From Thermodesulfobacteriota bacterium (lineage in GTDB: Bacteria; Desulfobacterota_D; UBA1144), in contig JAYZEP010000001.1 of NCBI GenBank assembly GCA_036337225.1, positions 72,405 to 136,404 of the forward strand: a stretch of DNA of 64,000 nt, given 5' to 3'. The notes below the pieces were generated by a model, which was given only the letters and a program-made list of their open reading frames with translations, made no database searches and had not been told where the DNA came from. The translations under genes and the position numbers were made by a program. Shown here one piece after another: positions 9,064-18,514 of this stretch (its first letter is position 1; each line of letters starts with the position of its first letter).

Positions 9064-9834
9064 TCATAACCCCAATCTTTCTTCTAATAATTTTGCAACC
9101 AAAACGGCCCTTTCGTTGATTAGCAATGTTGATCTTGAGTCAAATGGGGTGTCCATTAAGTCAATTATTACAAGCTCTGAACCTGTTTTAAGGGCAACGT
9201 CAGGTAGGCTATTTGCTGGAGAGACCTGTAACGACGATCCGATAACAACCATAAGGCTAGTATCTTTACATTTGTCTACAGAAGAGTCCCAAGGGGTCTT
9301 TGGTAAGGCTTCACCAAAAAATACAGCTGTGGGCTTTATCAGTCCTTGGCAGGGTTGCCCTTCAAAGTCTTCGCAAATAGGGGGATTTTCGCCTTGCTGA
9401 ACTCTGCGAATAATATCATCCATTGGATAAATTTGACCGCACTGTAAACACGAGGTTCTCCTGATAGATCCATGTAGCTCATGGACGATGGAGCTTCCGG
9501 CTTCCAGATGGAGTCCGTCAACGTTCTGGGTTATAACTCCCTTTGTTAAACCTTCTTTTTCTAGTTTTGCCAAAAGAGTATGGGCCTTATTAGGTTTTGC
9601 AGATGCTCTAATTGGGTACATCTCAAGAGCATAGTTGTAGTACTGGGTTGGGTCTCTTAAAAATCCGGGTATGGACACTATAGAGGAATCATACTTGTCC
9701 CACAATCCAGACCCAGGGGTCCGATAGTCAGGGATTCCTGAGTCGGTACTAATTCCAGCACCAGAAAAGACGATAGCATTTCTATGGCGCAGAAGCATGT
9801 CGGCAAGTTGTTCAACTTGTTTCTCTAAGCTCAT
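9064..9834 (-). CDS. cobB: NAD-dependent protein deacylase of the Sir2/CobB sirtuin family.
   Basis: The GAGISTDSGIPDYR motif is present. A Zn-ribbon of four cysteines (CLQCG...C...C) is present, as are the QNVDGLH and HG motifs. Confidence 0.85.
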   Translation of the reverse strand: MSLEKQVEQLADMLLRHRNAIVFSGAGISTDSGIPDYRTPGSGLWDKYDSSIVSIPGFLRDPTQYYNYALEMYPIRASAKPNKAHTLLAKLEKEGLTKGVITQNVDGLHLEAGSSIVHELHGSIRRTSCLQCGQIYPMDDIIRRVQQGENPPICEDFEGQPCQGLIKPTAVFFGEALPKTPWDSSVDKCKDTSLMVVIGSSLQVSPANSLPDVALKTGSELVIIDLMDTPFDSRSTLLINERAVLVAKLLEERLGL

Positions 9835-9885
9835 TTGGAAACACTTGGGAGAGTTTTGTTTAAAACCCTCCCAAAAAGAAAAATC

Positions 9886-10701
9886 TTAACCGTTTTCGTC
9901 AGTTCTAGTTGGTAGACCCATAGCTTCAGCAGCTTTGTTTACATCTGCAAGTCTTTGCGGTGTAAGTGCTGATGGTTCTCCCATCATACCTAGTGCTTCT
10001 AACTCTGCATCAACAGCTGGATCTGCAACCGCAGGAACACCACATTTTTCTTTGTAAATGATGTCTCCATATGGCGATCTTGGTCTCCATCCCATGGACT
10101 CAACTGTTTCCCCTGGGTAGCCAATAGCCATTGCCCAAACAAACTGCATAGTGTCTCTAAAACCTAAGACTTCAGCAATTTTTGGTCCTTGTCCAGCATA
10201 ACAGCAGCTTCCTAAACCTAAGGCTGTAGCCATTAACTGGGCAGACGCCATAGCCATTCCAGTTTCACATGAAAGAAGATAGGCAACTATCTCTGGTGGA
10301 AACGTTGTTAGTCTTGGCAATGTTGTATTTTCAATATTGTCCATACTCCAACCATGGCTTGGGTTAACACCACCCATTTTGAAAAGAGCTGGTAGCCCAA
10401 TAGGTAGTCCGTTGTACCACAAGTCTCTATCAAGAGCAAAAACTAGGCTCACTGGAGCCATTTTTGCCATTGGGATGTTAAATGCTGAAACAATCTCAGT
10501 GAACTTGTCTTTTGTCTCCTGAGCTTCAACAATAGTAACTGTTATACAGTTAGCATTACCCATGTGCGAAGCATTTCTAGCAGCTTGACATATAGCTTGT
10601 GTTTTTTCAGGCTCAACCGGTCTATCCTTATCATAAAATCGACAAGAACGTCTTTCGCCTAAAACTTTAATAAAATCTACGCTTTGATAATTTAAAGGCA
10701 T
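9886..10701 (-). CDS. Nitroreductase-family flavoprotein with a C-terminal extension of about 70 aa.
   Basis: The N-terminal RRSCRFYDKDRPV motif (RRS.R.F...PV) is typical of the nitroreductase superfamily. The protein is 271 aa, longer than canonical members. Confidence 0.7.
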   Translation of the reverse strand: MPLNYQSVDFIKVLGERRSCRFYDKDRPVEPEKTQAICQAARNASHMGNANCITVTIVEAQETKDKFTEIVSAFNIPMAKMAPVSLVFALDRDLWYNGLPIGLPALFKMGGVNPSHGWSMDNIENTTLPRLTTFPPEIVAYLLSCETGMAMASAQLMATALGLGSCCYAGQGPKIAEVLGFRDTMQFVWAMAIGYPGETVESMGWRPRSPYGDIIYKEKCGVPAVADPAVDAELEALGMMGEPSALTPQRLADVNKAAEAMGLPTRTDENG

Positions 10702-10825
10702 TATTTTCCCCTCCTGTTTTGATAAAATTATTTAAAGCAACTTATTAATAGTACAGGTTTTGGTATTTTTTTGCAATAAGTTTAAACAAGCTTAAAATGG
10801 AGCTAAAACTAGAAAAATCCTTATT

Positions 10826-11236
10826 TTACTTAACTACTTTAAACTTGTAAGAATAGATATCGCTACCATCCTTTGCCTTTCTAACGACCCCAATAATTGT
10901 TTCTACCTCTGCCTCTAGCTCCAAGTCGCTCTCTAAATCATCCGCCTCTATCTGGGCCATGACTCGTACTTTCTGCTCGGGAAAGTCGATAAGGCCCAGG
11001 CCAAAAGGCACTGGAAAATCGGGAAGGCTTCTTCGTACTATAGTAAAAGAATGCAAAACCCCTCTTCTTGGAAGAAGTGTATGTTCAATATCGTCTTTAA
11101 AGCTGACTGGGTCAGCTAAGTATGGAGGGAAGGTCCAGTTCCCGGATGATTTAGACTTACCTGCCACCAGCCTTGGTTCAGGGTCTTCGGTAAAAAAATC
11201 TGCGTGTAGAACTTTTCTCTCTTCAGATTCGCTCAT
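10826..11236 (-). CDS. DUF35 OB-fold domain protein, the partner of the downstream thiolase.
   Basis: It is 136 aa and sits immediately upstream of an SCP-x-type thiolase in the same orientation with a 25-nt gap. It has an OB-fold-like C-terminus and an acidic tail. Confidence 0.6.
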   Translation of the reverse strand: MSESEERKVLHADFFTEDPEPRLVAGKSKSSGNWTFPPYLADPVSFKDDIEHTLLPRRGVLHSFTIVRRSLPDFPVPFGLGLIDFPEQKVRVMAQIEADDLESDLELEAEVETIIGVVRKAKDGSDIYSYKFKVVK

Positions 11237-11261
11237 AACAATCTCCTGGTGTGAATATAAT

Positions 11262-12434
11262 TTATTTGCCCAGTATGCTTACGACACAAGTAATACCGTC
11301 CATAGCAGGTTGGGCGCCTCCCATGGTCTCAACTAGCCCGATTTTCGGGTCAGGCACTTGGTACCCTGTTGCCTCTCCTCTGAGCTGATTAACTATTTCA
11401 ACCGTTTGCAAAATCCCAGTTGCTCCAACGGGATGGCCTCTAGATAAAAGCCCTCCACTTGGGTTAATTGCAATATCGCCATCGTAATTAGACCTTTCTT
11501 CTTCTATAAGCTTTGACCCTTCACCTTTCTTAACGAACCCTAATGCTTCTGCCACTATAATCTCGGCAATTGCAAAGGCGTCGTGTATCTCTGCAATGTC
11601 CATATCCTCAGGTCCAAGGCCAGCTTGTTCATAAGCCATAGACGAGGTTCGTTGTACGTTTTCCGAAGGATCGCACGTCAAACCAGTGGCTGACGAATAG
11701 CCTCCTGATTGAGCAGCAATTCCAAGAACCTTAATCGGCATCCTGTTTTTGTCTCGTTTAATTTTATTTAGCATATCACCAGAGACTAGGACAGCCGCTG
11801 CCGAAGAGTCTCCCACGGGACAACACATACTTCGCGTTAAAGGGTCGGCTATCATAGGGTCGCCCAGTACCGCCTCAACCGTAGTTTCTTTTCTAAATTG
11901 TGCTATGGGATTTTGAGAGGCATGCTTTCTACTTTTTACGACCACCTTTGCCAAAGTCTCGGCGGAAATTCCATACTCTTCTATATATCTTTTGGCTCTC
12001 ATTGCATACAATCCGGGCATGCTCATACCTAAAGCCACTTCAATGTCATCTTCTTCTAGGGGTAGGGGTCCTCCTGACATAATCTTGCTTAAATTCTCTA
12101 CGCCCCAGGCCAAAGCAAGGTTGTTTTGTCCATAAGCTATAGATCTCCAGGCTTCCCAAAAAGACAAAGTACCACTTCCGCAAGCTCCTTCAATATTGAC
12201 AACTGGCTGACCAACTAGGCCAAGGTCTTTTAATGTTCTTTGTCCTACTCCCATACCCTGATAAACGTGTCCACAGAACCCTATTTCAATATCTCTTGGA
12301 TATATTCCAGCGTCTGTGATTGCCGCCCATATCGCTTCTCTTCCGAGAACATGGGCCGCTTTCGTAGGAAACTTGCCACATGGGTGTTGTCCTACTCCAA
12401 TAATATAAACATCTCTTAAATCAGCCATTTTCAT
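11262..12434 (-). CDS. Thiolase-fold protein of the SCP-x / lipid-transfer-protein type; the second copy in the window.
   Basis: NPSGGLLSRGHPVGATGILQTVEIVNQLRGEATG is the characteristic C-terminal motif. The active-site region CGSG is present. Confidence 0.85.
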   Translation of the reverse strand: MKMADLRDVYIIGVGQHPCGKFPTKAAHVLGREAIWAAITDAGIYPRDIEIGFCGHVYQGMGVGQRTLKDLGLVGQPVVNIEGACGSGTLSFWEAWRSIAYGQNNLALAWGVENLSKIMSGGPLPLEEDDIEVALGMSMPGLYAMRAKRYIEEYGISAETLAKVVVKSRKHASQNPIAQFRKETTVEAVLGDPMIADPLTRSMCCPVGDSSAAAVLVSGDMLNKIKRDKNRMPIKVLGIAAQSGGYSSATGLTCDPSENVQRTSSMAYEQAGLGPEDMDIAEIHDAFAIAEIIVAEALGFVKKGEGSKLIEEERSNYDGDIAINPSGGLLSRGHPVGATGILQTVEIVNQLRGEATGYQVPDPKIGLVETMGGAQPAMDGITCVVSILGK

Positions 12435-12513
12435 CGCCCCCTTTGCGCATTAGTTATAATAAAGCTAGAAGAAAAATTGTAAATTGAAAAACTTAAAAAG
12501 GCAAACATCCACT

Positions 12514-13329
12514 CTAGTCCCAGCCAAGTGTTTCATCTAATGCATTTTTAATAATAGGAAAAATCTTGTGTGTTCTAGTGGGCTTAATTAGGTTGTCGAT
12601 ATTAACAACCTCAATGATCCCTTTTGCCGCATTTGTAATAAATATGGCCTCAGGGAACAGAACGGACCCAAGCTCATAGTTTCCCTCTACAATTTTTATT
12701 CCTTTCTTCTTGCATGTTGCAATTACCAGCCCTCTTGTTATTCCCGGAAGTATTCCGCAAGACAAAGACGGGGTAAATATGCTTGAGCCTTTTATCCAAA
12801 ATATATTTCCCGAGGTAGTTTCTAAGATTAAATCCTTGTGGTCAAGAAACAGGGCATCGTCAAAGCCTTCTTTTATTGCTTTTCTCCTCTCAACTATAGA
12901 ACTAAGATAATTGGTTGTTTTGTGTCTAGCTAAAACATGAGAATTGCTTTTTTTTGTTTGTGCTATAGCCAGTGAAATTTCATCATTATTTGAGTCGTCT
13001 TCTTTTATTGAAACCATAACCACGACCCCGTTTGACTTCCCAAAATAAGACCCATCGCCCGAGCTTAGCAAAACAATTTTCACTGTTAAGTCCTTGGTTT
13101 TGTGTTGTTTGACAAATTTCTCGACTAGGCTTTGTATGTACGCATCTCCCGGGTATTTAAGTGAAAGGAAGTTCGCTGAATGTCGAAGGCGTTCAAGGTG
13201 TCTATCAAAAAAAACTGGCAATTTGTTTTTATATCTAAAAGTTTCGAACACGCCTTCGCCAAACAGCATGGATCTGTTTGTGGTTGATACGTCTACTCGC
13301 TCTTGGTCGAAATAAATTGATTCTTTCAT
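12514..13329 (-). CDS. pabC: Aminodeoxychorismate lyase / class IV aminotransferase-fold protein.
   Basis: The N-terminus has the class-IV fold FGEGVFETFRY. The gene overlaps the upstream chorismate-binding enzyme gene by 4 nt (ATGA), which is typical of pabB-pabC coupling. Confidence 0.65.
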   Translation of the reverse strand: MKESIYFDQERVDVSTTNRSMLFGEGVFETFRYKNKLPVFFDRHLERLRHSANFLSLKYPGDAYIQSLVEKFVKQHKTKDLTVKIVLLSSGDGSYFGKSNGVVVMVSIKEDDSNNDEISLAIAQTKKSNSHVLARHKTTNYLSSIVERRKAIKEGFDDALFLDHKDLILETTSGNIFWIKGSSIFTPSLSCGILPGITRGLVIATCKKKGIKIVEGNYELGSVLFPEAIFITNAAKGIIEVVNIDNLIKPTRTHKIFPIIKNALDETLGWD

Positions 13330-14501
13330 TGTTTTCGTAACGCCGCTTTAAATGCCCTCGCTTTTAGTATAGTCTCGGAATTTTCCTTCTTTGGGTTGGA
13401 ATCCCAAACAATGCCCGCACCGGCAAAGAACTTTGAATTCTTTTTCTCAATTTTAGAAATTCTTATACCTACGGAAAAACAAAAATCACCGTTAGGCTCA
13501 AAAATCCCAATGGCCCCACAATATGGTCCTCTATAATGTTTTTCTATTTTTTTAATAATCTCAAGCGCCCTAGACTTTGGAGCCCCGGTTACTGACCCCG
13601 GAGGCATGACGGATGTAAAGATTTTTTCATTACTAACAGAACTCTTTAGGGTGCCTTCGATTTCTGATTCTAGTTGGTACAAAGTTGAGTACTTCTTCTT
13701 CCTGAATAATTTTTTTGATACCACAGATCCAGTCTTGCAAATCCTTGATAGGTCGTTCCTCATTAAGTCTACTATCATTAAATTTTCTGCTAGTTCTTTT
13801 TTGTCATAATTAATGCTTCCTCCATCCTTGCGGGTGGAAGAGGAGGTTCCCTTTATGGGCTTCGTTCTTATCTTGTTTGAAAATTTTTCCATGAAAAGCT
13901 CCATCGACCCACTTATTATCGTATGGTCCGGAAACTCTAGATAAGAGGCGTAATCTACTGGTTGTTGGGAATAATATTGCGTAAATAACCTATAAGGATT
14001 GTCCGGTGTATTAAAGTTAAATTCTCGAGTTAGATTTATTTGATAAATATCTCCTTCTTGGATGTACCTCCTGGCTCTAGCAACTCCGCTCACGAACTTT
14101 TCGTCAGACTGAATCTTGTCCAACGTGGTTCGCTTGTTAAAAGCACTGGTGCTGGGAACCTTTTTTCCTAATGTTTTTTTGTCATAAATATTAAAAATAG
14201 CTTTATAGTGTGGCTTTTTAATCTTTGTTTCCAAAAATTCAAAAGAGAAGTATCCGCACAGATAATGCCCCTTTTTTAGAATATCGTCCAACGCTTTTAC
14301 GAAGGATTTTTTTTTAATTAATCTTTTTTTGTTCTTATAGAGAAGCTCTATTCCATCTTCGTTTTCATAGATGCATCCCACGGGGTTAGAAAATTTTATG
14401 TCAAATCTTTTGGTTTTTTTAAGTTTCCAGCTGGCGTTTCTAGACTTCAGATGCGTGGTCATCGTTTCCTGGTTCGGGTGAATCTGTAGTAAGTTTTTCA
14501 A
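13326..14501 (-). CDS. pabB: Aminodeoxychorismate synthase component I (a chorismate-binding enzyme), short form.
   Basis: Chorismate-binding motifs are present: GSMELF, PPGSVTGAPKSRALEIIKKIE and RGPYCGAIG. The true start may be an internal Met (about 14462), because the 5' end overlaps the upstream gene. Confidence 0.7.
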   Translation of the reverse strand: MKNLLQIHPNQETMTTHLKSRNASWKLKKTKRFDIKFSNPVGCIYENEDGIELLYKNKKRLIKKKSFVKALDDILKKGHYLCGYFSFEFLETKIKKPHYKAIFNIYDKKTLGKKVPSTSAFNKRTTLDKIQSDEKFVSGVARARRYIQEGDIYQINLTREFNFNTPDNPYRLFTQYYSQQPVDYASYLEFPDHTIISGSMELFMEKFSNKIRTKPIKGTSSSTRKDGGSINYDKKELAENLMIVDLMRNDLSRICKTGSVVSKKLFRKKKYSTLYQLESEIEGTLKSSVSNEKIFTSVMPPGSVTGAPKSRALEIIKKIEKHYRGPYCGAIGIFEPNGDFCFSVGIRISKIEKKNSKFFAGAGIVWDSNPKKENSETILKARAFKAALRKQ

Positions 14502-16500
14502 AGTTGGAGTTGTTAACCGGCAAATCGATAGAATCTTTCAATATTTCCGCAACATCTTTGATTTTAATTGTCTCGTTCCCATAATATTTTGCAGCATCCT
14601 CGAACATAGTAGTGCAAAATGGGCAGGCTGCTGCAACCGTTTCTACTCCGTGATTTTGGATTTCATCAAAGCGGTTCCAGTTCACTCTCGGAGCTTCTTC
14701 CTCCATCCAAACCTTTCCTCCACCCGCTCCACAACAAAAACTGTTTTCCCTGCTCCTGTCTAACTCTTTTATTTCTAGCCCTGGGATTGCGGTTAGTATT
14801 TCTCTCGGCTCATCAAAAACCCTGTTGTGTCTGCCTAGGTAACAGGGATCATGGTAAGTAATTTCTTCGTTGATATTTTTTGTGGGAGACAGCTTTCCTT
14901 GTTTTACCAAATCGTTTAAAAATTCTGAGTGGCTCACAACCTCGACGTCTGAACCAAAATCGGGGTACTCGTTTTTAAGCGTATTAAAGCAATGTGGGCA
15001 GTTAGCTATAACCTTTTTTACATTGAAGGCCTTCATGTTCTCCACGTTAGTCATGGCCAATTCTTGATAGAGGGCTTCTTCCCCAAGTCGTCTAGCAGGG
15101 TCGCCCGTGCAGGTTTCGTTAGGGCCCATAATTGCGAAACTAACTCCCGCCTTTTTTAACAGTTGTACAATTGTTGAGGCAACTTCTTGGCCTCTTGGAT
15201 CGTAAGCACCAAAGCAGCCCGTCCAAAAAATTACATCAAAGTCTTCAGCGTTGTCTCCCGCCCCGTTTCCAAGAACTGGGACCTCTTCCTCTTTGGCCCA
15301 GGGCGTTCTGTCGGTTGACTCAAAGCCCCAAGGGTTTCCATGGCTTTGCAGTTTTTGAAGAGTCCGTACCGCCGAACCAGTAAGTTGTCCCTCCATAGTA
15401 AGATAGCGTCTCATGTCAAGAATTTTACCCATTTGATCAATCAGAAGTGGGCAGACTTCAACGCAGGCGCTACATGTTGTACAAGCGTAGAGCTCTTCCG
15501 ATGTTACCCAGTTTTTATCAGCTAAATAGTCGGTTTTCATTTCTTCTTTGCCCATGTTTTCAGAAGCAAAATGTCTTATTTTAATTACAATATCTCTTGG
15601 CGATAGCGATTTGTCGGTTTCCCACGCCGGGCAATTGTCGGTACACCTACCACATTCGGTACAAGTATATGCATCTAGCACGTCTTTCCAGCTAAAGTCC
15701 TCAAATTTTGCAGAGCCGAAGTGCTCTATATCGTCGGGAACATTTTCAAAATCTAGCTTGGTCATTTTCCCTCTAGGCTCTAGATTTTGAAAAAAAATAT
15801 TTGGCACAACGGTGAGGACATGGCTGTGTTTTGAATAAGGCAAGTAGTTTAAAAATGCAAGCAGGAGACAAACATGGAACCACCAAAAAAACTCTGAAGT
15901 AAATGCTGCTGTTGTTACGTTTACGTTTGAAAGAAAAAATGAAGCCCAAACAGATGAAATCGGGAGCCAAAACTGTGGTTCTGCGCCTAGTGCAATTTTT
16001 GAGGCCCTGAAACCAAAATCGGTTACCATAAGGCCAAAAATGAGCCCCAAGATTACCGCCGCGTCAATGCTGTTAACCTCTCGTCGTTTGCCGCTTGGAA
16101 TAACGGTTCTATTAAGAACACCCATAACGAGCGCAATAATAACTAAAAACTGAACAACGTCTAATATTAGCAGAAAAATCCCTTGGGCGTTGCCCCCTAA
16201 AAAAGCGAACATTTCAAATCCCGGCACAAATCCCGTAACTAGCACTTCCAGAGATCCAAACCCGATTATTATAAAGCCCCAGAAAAGCATAAAGTGCTCA
16301 ATCCCGGCCCATGTATAGTTCTTTAAAATTCTTTTTTGTCCAAATACGTAAATTAGAATTCCTTTTAGGCGTTCCAAAACACGGTCCGTTCTAAAAGAAG
16401 GCCTTTTGGCAGAAAACATTATTTTTAAAAAACCAAATACGTTGCGCAACAGAAACGCAATCGCAAAAATAATCAAAAAGGATAAAATTGCTGCTTTCAT
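14440..16500 (-). CDS. Membrane-anchored Fe-S oxidoreductase, HdrD/GlpC-like. It has an N-terminal multi-helix membrane domain, two 4Fe-4S ferredoxin motifs and two CCG domains.
   Basis: The CTECGRCTDNCP and CTTCSACVEVCP motifs are present. CCG-domain cysteines are present (CPHCFNTL..., ...SFCCGAGGG). The N-terminal 250 aa are hydrophobic. Confidence 0.8.
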   Translation of the reverse strand: MKAAILSFLIIFAIAFLLRNVFGFLKIMFSAKRPSFRTDRVLERLKGILIYVFGQKRILKNYTWAGIEHFMLFWGFIIIGFGSLEVLVTGFVPGFEMFAFLGGNAQGIFLLILDVVQFLVIIALVMGVLNRTVIPSGKRREVNSIDAAVILGLIFGLMVTDFGFRASKIALGAEPQFWLPISSVWASFFLSNVNVTTAAFTSEFFWWFHVCLLLAFLNYLPYSKHSHVLTVVPNIFFQNLEPRGKMTKLDFENVPDDIEHFGSAKFEDFSWKDVLDAYTCTECGRCTDNCPAWETDKSLSPRDIVIKIRHFASENMGKEEMKTDYLADKNWVTSEELYACTTCSACVEVCPLLIDQMGKILDMRRYLTMEGQLTGSAVRTLQKLQSHGNPWGFESTDRTPWAKEEEVPVLGNGAGDNAEDFDVIFWTGCFGAYDPRGQEVASTIVQLLKKAGVSFAIMGPNETCTGDPARRLGEEALYQELAMTNVENMKAFNVKKVIANCPHCFNTLKNEYPDFGSDVEVVSHSEFLNDLVKQGKLSPTKNINEEITYHDPCYLGRHNRVFDEPREILTAIPGLEIKELDRSRENSFCCGAGGGKVWMEEEAPRVNWNRFDEIQNHGVETVAAACPFCTTMFEDAAKYYGNETIKIKDVAEILKDSIDLPVNNSNFEKLTTDSPEPGNDDHASEV

Positions 16501-16567
16501 TAAAGTCTCAACTGCCAGAGTTAGACCGGTCAGGCTAGTAATAATAGTAATTTGCTGTAATTAAAAA

Positions 16568-17428
16568 TCAAGGCTTGCGTCGCTTGGGCTTAATTGTATT
16601 AATGGTTTTTGACTTGGCATTTTTGCTTAGAGCAGTCTCTAGCTCGGTAAGGTATTTTTTAAAAATCTTAATATTCTCCAACAAATTGTTCTTATTAGAA
16701 AGAAATATTTCTGACCAAAGGCTTTTCGAGCTTGACGATATTCTTGAATAGTCTTTGTAGCTATCACCACCATAGTTGCTTACGGTTTTCGATGACAACT
16801 TTTCGGCTACTATTTTGTTCAGACCAAAAGACAATACATGAGGAAAGTGGCTTAAGTATGAAAAAATTTTATCATGCTCTTTTGGAGAAACCGTAAAAAC
16901 TTTGCACCCAAGCTTTTTCCAGATTCGCCCCACTGTTTTTGGTGCGCTTTTTGATCCTACAGCTCCGGACACAAGGAATGGCCTATCTCGGAAAAGATTG
17001 GGGTCTGAGTTGTCAAACCCGCTCTTTTCGGTGCCAGCAATAGGATGTCCCCCAACAAAACTAATATCTCTCGGCAAAGAGCTCTTGGCTTTTTTTAAAA
17101 TTGCCTCTTTTGTGCTTCCTACGTCTGTAATTATAGCGCCTTTTTTTAGACCAAGCTTAGATAGCTGCATAAAAACTTGGGGTATTTGCTCTACGCTAAC
17201 ACAAACAAAAACTATATCGCTGCTCTTCGTCGTTTTGCTGTTAAGAGAACTAGTAAGTCCCGTAAAGGCTCGTGTCTTTTTGGCTTTTGCCAAAGTTGTT
17301 TTGTTTTTGTCTACCCCTATTATCTGTATTTGTTTTTTAAAAACTTTTTTAAGCGCCCGCGCCAAGGAGCCGCCTATGTGGCCCAGGCCGACAATGGTGA
17401 AAGTTAAAAAGGGAGGTTTTCGCATCAT
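16568..17428 (-). CDS. tyrA: Prephenate/arogenate dehydrogenase.
   Basis: The N-terminal Rossmann motif is IVGLGHIGGSLARAL. Length and downstream layout are typical of TyrA. Confidence 0.8.
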   Translation of the reverse strand: MMRKPPFLTFTIVGLGHIGGSLARALKKVFKKQIQIIGVDKNKTTLAKAKKTRAFTGLTSSLNSKTTKSSDIVFVCVSVEQIPQVFMQLSKLGLKKGAIITDVGSTKEAILKKAKSSLPRDISFVGGHPIAGTEKSGFDNSDPNLFRDRPFLVSGAVGSKSAPKTVGRIWKKLGCKVFTVSPKEHDKIFSYLSHFPHVLSFGLNKIVAEKLSSKTVSNYGGDSYKDYSRISSSSKSLWSEIFLSNKNNLLENIKIFKKYLTELETALSKNAKSKTINTIKPKRRKP

Positions 17429-18511
17429 TTATATAATCTCTTTTAACGAGTTGATAAATATTTTATTTTCTTCCTCCGTTCCAATCGTAACCCTTAAGTG
17501 GTTCTCTAGTCCATAGTTGTCTACGGGTCTAGTTATTACACCTCGCTTCAAAAGCTCTTCGTAAATAATTCTTCCCTCAGATTTAAACTCCAAAAGAAGA
17601 AAGTTTGCATATGAAGGATAAGACTTTATGGGGATTTTGTTTAGTTCTGATTTTAAATAAACCATACCGCTTTGATTTAGCTCGACGCTTTTTCTCACAT
17701 GTTCTTGATCGTTTAGCGCCTCAATGGCCGCTGCTTGCGCCAAAGAGTTTACATTGAACGGCTCCCTGGAGCGGTTTAAAAAATCGATAATTGTTTTGTT
17801 TCCTATTCCGTAACCAATTCGTAATCCTGCTAGACCGTATGCCTTAGAGAAAGTTTTTAATATAACAAGATTGCTATTTTCTCGAATCTCGTTCGACGAA
17901 ACAAGACGATCTTCGGGCTTCATGTATTGATAATAGGCTTCGTCAATCACAATCAAAATATTCTTTGGCACTTCCTGGATAAACCTCCTAAGGTCGTTCG
18001 TAGGAATTTTTGTACCGGTGGGGTTGTTTGGGTTCGCAATAAAAATTACCTTTGTACGGGTTGTAATTTTGCTCAAGATGTCGTTTAAATCATGTGTCAT
18101 TTCCGGCATTTTGCTTCTAACGATGTTTGCCTGAGACAAGGTGGTCACTATTGGGTAAACAATAAAACAATATTCCCCCATGATTGCCTCGTCCTCTCTG
18201 TCTAGGTAAGTGTGGGCTATAAGCTCAAGGACCTCGTTGGATCCATTTCCAATTATTAACTCGTTAGGCAAGACGTCTTCATGGGCAGATATTTGCCTCT
18301 TTAAATAAAAACAACTTCCATCTGGATAAAGGGCTACGTGGTTGACAAGGCTTTTAATCTTTTCTGTTACTTTCTTTGAAGGGCCGAGGGGGTTTTCGTT
18401 GGAGGCGAGCTTCACAACTCGCTCAACCCCCAGTTCTCTTTGTAGCTCTTCGATGGGCTTTCCCGGGACATAAACAGGGAGTTTTTTTGTTTGGGCCGTT
18501 GGGCGAATCAT
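17429..18511 (-). CDS. hisC: Histidinol-phosphate / aromatic aminotransferase (class II).
   Basis: KLASNENPLGPS and a PLP-lysine region (KTFSKAYGLAGLRIGYG) are present. The protein is 360 aa. Confidence 0.85.
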   Translation of the reverse strand: MIRPTAQTKKLPVYVPGKPIEELQRELGVERVVKLASNENPLGPSKKVTEKIKSLVNHVALYPDGSCFYLKRQISAHEDVLPNELIIGNGSNEVLELIAHTYLDREDEAIMGEYCFIVYPIVTTLSQANIVRSKMPEMTHDLNDILSKITTRTKVIFIANPNNPTGTKIPTNDLRRFIQEVPKNILIVIDEAYYQYMKPEDRLVSSNEIRENSNLVILKTFSKAYGLAGLRIGYGIGNKTIIDFLNRSREPFNVNSLAQAAAIEALNDQEHVRKSVELNQSGMVYLKSELNKIPIKSYPSYANFLLLEFKSEGRIIYEELLKRGVITRPVDNYGLENHLRVTIGTEEENKIFINSLKEII

Positions 18512-18514
18512 ATA

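Noticed and set aside
9064-9834. The Sir2-domain protein as a possible anti-phage (Thoeris or DSR-like) defence component.
   Set aside because: It has the compact CobB architecture with a Zn-ribbon and catalytic motifs, and no fused SLOG, TIR or other effector domain. Its neighbours are metabolic, not defence genes.
16902-17516. A 204-aa plus-strand ORF.
   Set aside because: It is antisense to tyrA and the hisC 3' end. It has a hydrophobic, low-complexity composition typical of shadow ORFs in AT-rich genomes.
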